DNA of 64,000 nt from Macrostomum lignano (lineage: Eukaryota): assembly GCA_002269645.1 (NCBI GenBank), contig NIVC01001550.1:1-64000 (forward strand), written 5' to 3'. A program made the position numbers and the translations under genes. Below the pieces are notes generated by a model. It was not told where the DNA came from. It made no database searches and saw only the letters and a program-made list of their open reading frames with translations. Positions 58,840 to 64,000 of the stretch are shown here, piece by piece. Numbering within the stretch: the first letter of the stretch is position 1; the number at the start of each line of letters is the position of its first letter.

Positions 58840-59820
58840 CAGTACAACAGCAGTCTCACATGCTGTACAACAGCACAGTCTCACATGCTGTACAACAGCA
58901 CAGTCTCATGCTGTACAACAGCACAGTCTCACATGCTGTACAACAGCACAGTCTTACATGCTGTACAACAGCACAGTCTCATGCTGTACAACAGCACAGT
59001 CTCACATGCTGTACAACAGCACAGTCTCACATGCTGTACAACAGCACAGTCTCACATGCTGTACAACAGCACAGTCTTACATGCTGTACAACAGAAGTCA
59101 CATGCTGTACAACAGCACAGTCTTACATGCTGTACAACAGAAGTCACATGCTGTACAACAGAAGTCTCATGCTGTACAACAGAAGTCTCATGCTGTACAA
59201 CAGCACAGTCTTACATGCTGTACAACAGAAGTCACATGCTGTACAACAGCACAGTCTCACATGCTGTACAACAGAAGTCTCATGCTGTACAACAGAAGTC
59301 ACATGCTGTACAACAGCACAGTCTTACATGCTGTACAACAGAAGTCTCATGCTGTACAACAGAAGTCACATGCTGTACAACAGCACAGTATTACATGCTG
59401 TACAACAGCACAGTATTACATGCTGTACAACAGCACAGTATTACATGCTGTACAACAGAAGTCTCATGCTGTACAACAGAAGTCACATGCTGTACAACAG
59501 CACAGTCTTACATGCTGTACAACAGAAGTCTCATGCTGTACAACAGAAGTCTCATGCTGTAAAACAGCACAGTCTTACATGCTGTACAACAGCACAGTCT
59601 TACATGCTGTACAACAGAAGTCTCATGCTGTACAACAGCACAGTCTTACATGCTGTACAACAGAAGTCACATGCTGTACAACAGCACAGTCTCACATGCT
59701 GTACAACAGAAGTCACATGCTGTACAACAGCACAGTCTTACATGCTGTACAACAGAAGTCACATGCTGTACAACAGCACAGTCTCACATGCTGTGCAAAA
59801 GAAGTCTCATGCTGTGCAAT
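58840..59820. repeat. 22-25-bp minisatellite
   Basis: Unit CATGCTGTACAACAG(CAC/A)AGTCT(C/T)A; source of the ORFs at 58714-60100. Confidence 0.95.
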
Positions 59821-60609
59821 AGCAATACAGAAGTTTTCTGTTGCCAGAGTTCCTCCGCCCAGCCCGGTGAGTGTCATAAAAGTTAAGTTTCATTTTTTCC
59901 TCGGAACTTCAGTTTGCTTTGAAAAAGCAGCAACAAAGCGGTTGACCTGGAGAAGCGCCGGCTCCCCAGGGGGTTTCCGTGGAAGCAATTTTTGTCAACA
60001 CAATCGCGCGGCGGAACCAGCCACTTCCCCTGGCGCGAACAATGATTGCAAAGCAAAAAACGGTTTATTGCTTTTCTGCTTTCGCGCAGCTGCACTTTAA
60101 CCAAACTTGAAGCTCGCCTGACAGTCCGGCTGGCGGAAAATTCATATTTACTTAATTTTTTAAATCGAGCATGAAATCAAATGGATTTATCTCACTCAGA
60201 AAGATACTATCGCAACATATCGGCAGCTGATTCAGTAATGCTTAGGTAGCTTCAACTTACCTGCGAAGAGCGGCCAGAGAACTCTTGGCCTGGTCCTGCC
60301 AGCCGGGTTCCAGCACCTGGTTCTTCAGTCCTTGCATGCTGATGGAGTCTGGCCGCTGATGCTCCGGGAGTTCGGGTGTGGTGGCAGGTAGGGAGAGATC
60401 AGACAGATGGCTGCTTTTGTCCACGCTCCTCTGGGCAGGAAGCTGGACCTCATTTAGTGATGAAGGAGGGACGCGGGCGGCAGCCAATGGCAGCGCAAGG
60501 GCTCAGGACCAGCAGGGCAGGGCGAGTAGCATTGCCCAGGCTGAGGTCCCGGACTCGAGTCTAGGGAGCAGCTGAATTGCATGTAGTGTGTTGTCAGTTT
60601 GGTCAACTC

Positions 60610-62715
60610 AGGGCGATTCTCATTGATGATTCAGGTATGATTCCCATTGATGATTCATGGCGATTCTCACCGATGATTCACGGGCGATTCTCATTGATGA
60701 TTCAGGTATGATTCTCATTGATGATTCACGGCGATTCTCATTGATGATTCATGGCGATTCTTATTGATGATTCACGGCGATTCTCATCGATGATTCACGG
60801 CGATTCTCATCGATGATTCACGGCGATTCTCACTGATGATTCACGGCGATTCTCATTGATGATTCACGGCGATTCTCATTGATGATTCACGGCGATTCTC
60901 ATTGGTGATTCACGGGCGATTCTCATTGATGATTCACGGGCGATTCTCATTGATGATTCACGGCGATTCTCATCGATGATTCACGGCGATTCTCATCGAT
61001 GATTCACGGGCGATTCTCATTGATGATTCACGGGCGATTCTCATTGATGATTCATGGCGATTCTCATTGATGATTCATGGCGATTCTCATTGATGATTCA
61101 TGGCGATTCTCATCGATGATTCACGGCGATTCTCATCGATGATTCATGGCGATTCTCATTGATGATTCACGCGATTCTCATTGATGATTCATGGCGATTC
61201 TTATTGATGATTCACGGCGATTCTCATTGATGATTCACGGCGATTCTCACTGATGATTCACGGGCGATTCTCATTGATGATTCACGGGCGATTCTCATTG
61301 ATGATTCATGGCGATTCTCATTGATGATTCACGGGCGATTCTTATTGATGATTCACGGCGATTCTCATCGATGATTCACGGCGATTCTCATCGATGATTC
61401 ATGGCGATTCTCATTGATGATTCACGCGATTCTCATTGATGATTCATGGCGATTCTCACTGATGATTCACGGGCGATTCTCATTGATGATTCACGGGCGA
61501 TTCTCATTGATGATTCACGGCGATTCTCATCGATGATTCACGGCGATTCTCATTGATGATTCACGGGCGATTCTCATTGATGATTCACGGGCGATTCTCA
61601 TTGATGATTCACGGCGATTCTCATCGATGATTCATGGCGATTCTCATTGATGATTCACGCGATTCTCATTGATGATTCATGGCGATTCTCATTGATGATT
61701 CATGGCGATTCTCATTGATGATTCATGGCGATTCTCACTGATGATTCACGGGCGATTCTCATTGATGATTCACGGGCGATTCTCATTGATGATTCATGGC
61801 GATTCTCATCGATGATTCACGGGCGATTCTCATTGATGATTCACGGGCGATTCTCATTGATGATTCACGGCGATTCTCATTGATGATTCACGGGCGATTC
61901 TCATTGATGATTCACGGCGATTCTCATTGATGATTCATGGCGATTCTCATTGATGATTCACGGCGATTCTCACTGATGATTCACGGGCGATTCTCATTGA
62001 TGATTCATGGCGATTCTCATTGATGATTCACGGGCGATTCTTATTGATGATTCACGGCGATTCTCATCGATGATTCACGGCGATTCTCACTGATGATTCA
62101 CGGCGATTCTCACTGATGATTCACGGGCGATTCTCACTGATGATTCACGGGCGATTCTCATTGATGATTCACGGGCGATTCTCATTGATGATTCACGGGC
62201 GATTCTCATTGATGATTCATGGCGATTCTCATTGATGATTCACGGGCGATTCTTATTGATGATTCACGGCGATTCTCATCGATGATTCACGGCGATTCTC
62301 ACTGATGATTCACGGGCGATTCTTATTGATGATTCACGGCGATTCTCATCGATGATTCACGGCGATTCTCACTGATGATTCACGGCGATTCTCACTGATG
62401 ATTCACGGGCGATTCTTATTGATGATTCACGGCGATTCTCATTGATGATTCACGGGCGATTCTCATTGATGATTCACGGGCGATTCTCATTGATGATTCA
62501 CGGTGATTCTCATTGGTGATTCACGGGCGATTCTCATCGATGATTCACGGCGATTCTCACTGATGATTCACGGCGATTCTCACTGATGATTCACGGGCGA
62601 TTCTTATTGATGATTCACGGCGATTCTCATTGATGATTCACGGGCGATTCTCATTGATGATTCACGGTGATTCTCATTGGTGATTCACGGGCGATTCTCA
62701 TTGATGATTCACGGG
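60610..62715. repeat. 23-24-bp minisatellite (~2.1 kb)
   Basis: Unit CACGG(G)CGATTCTCATTGATGATT. Confidence 0.97.
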
Positions 62716-63189
62716 CACTTTGCACTTTAAAGTGACGACTCCATTTCAAAGCAGCAAAGCTCATCTCAGTAGAAGTGTCTCAAAGTCGTCTCTTTCGTCA
62801 CAGGAAAAAACGCCTCAGAAAAATCACCCCAGGCAGTACAAACGTACTTTTCTGAGCGTAATGATTAATTCCGAATGCCAGGACAAACAAGATTAAAAGC
62901 GACACAGGGAATTAAAATCGGATAGAGCAGTCCTTAGACTCTCTGTGACCGGGGTTGGGCCAGTGAGACTGTCTGTTTGTTGCAGAAGGAATCTCCCGCT
63001 TGGCTGACTCCTGCCTGTCAGACTGAAATTGAGCTGCCCTGCCCCGCTACTCAAAGCTTTTTGACAGAAAGCCAACAGGAAGGAGTTGATGGAAGGTTAT
63101 GCAAAAATAGCCAGCATCATTCAATTGATGCTGAAGCAGAGTCAAATATGTGCATACCTTTATTCGTTATAAATTTGTAAACTCAGTAC

Positions 63190-63580
63190 TATCTGTTAGA
63201 CACAGGTGCTTTCTGTTAGACACAGGTGCTTTCTGTTAGACACAGGTACTATCTGTTAGACACAGGTGCTTTCTGTTAGACACAGGTGCTTTCTGTTAGA
63301 CACAGGTGCTTTCTGTTAGACACAGGTGCTAGCTGTTAGACACAGGTGCTAGCTAGCTGTTAGACACAGATGCTAGCTAGCTGTTAGACACAGTTGCTAG
63401 CTGTTAGACAAAGGTGCTAGCTAGCTGTTAGACACAGGTGCTAGCTGTTAGACTAAGGTGCTAGCTAGCTGTTAGACACAGGTGCTAGCTGTTAGACAAA
63501 GGTGCTAGCTAGCTGTTAGACACAGGTGCTAGCTGTTAGACTAAGGTGCTAGCTAGCTGTTAGACACAGATGTCATCTGC
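63190..63580. repeat. 20-24-bp minisatellite
   Basis: Unit CTGTTAGACACAGGTGCT(TT/AG). Confidence 0.9.
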
Positions 63581-63634
63581 TAGACTTGTTAGACACAAAC
63601 AGATGGCTGTTAGACTTTGGTTTACCACACATTT

Positions 63635-63793
63635 CAATAAACGGGATGTTTACCGCACATTTTAATAAACGGGATGTTTACCGCACATTTCAATAAACGG
63701 GATGTTTACCGCACATTTTAATAAACGGGATGTTTACCGCACATTTTAATAAACGGGATGTTTACCGCACATTTCAATAAACAGGATGTTTAC
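63635..63793. repeat. 28-bp minisatellite
   Basis: Unit AATAAACGGGATGTTTACCGCACATTTY, ~5-6 copies. Confidence 0.9.
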
Positions 63794-64000
63794 CTTCTGT
63801 ATCGGCCCTTAATCTTCACGTATTTCTGAAGAATTCCAATATGCCATTATGAGCTAAGACTGTCGAAAAGAAGCATTAATCCCAAGATGCTGATGATAAC
63901 AGATCAGAGAGATTAAGCGGCAAAGCAAAAAAATACAATTAAAATGAGCCCCGAGCCACTTCAAAGACAGATGCATTCATTGATCCAGCAATATGCAGAA

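Noticed and set aside
58714-60100. Three overlapping long ORFs (282-428 aa) rich in CCTT/MLYN/HAVQQ
   Set aside because: All frames of one stop-free satellite; not a protein.

Overview
Eukaryotic (metazoan) genomic DNA, not prokaryotic. GC/CpG-rich exons are embedded in AT-rich DNA, and nearly every longer intron is filled by its own 15-53 bp minisatellite; I infer a Macrostomum-like flatworm, but cannot prove it. Four complete multi-exon genes were reconstructed by hand with in-frame GT-AG junctions: a uridine-cytidine kinase-like gene (-), FoxP (+), MRE11 (-) and a vesicular glutamate transporter (-). The 5' part of an unidentified Q/P-rich gene (-) runs off the left edge. Mobile elements: a young DD37E Tc1/mariner-superfamily element with perfect TIRs, a decayed DD41D (rosa-type) element, a hAT-type MITE with an 8-bp TSD and a decayed tRNA/CORE-type SINE. 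Most notable: one satellite sits in alternating orientation in three VGLUT introns (possible intronic dsRNA around exons); the UCK paralog lacks the catalytic Asp; a candidate highly diverged alternative forkhead exon in FoxP is flanked by YCAY-rich arrays; a dispersed ~60-nt hairpin is conserved in three copies; and CRE and TCACGTGA motifs are clustered upstream of VGLUT. Most long ORFs in the supplied track are translations of satellites or antisense shadows. Repeat boundaries are approximate (+/- ~20 bp).
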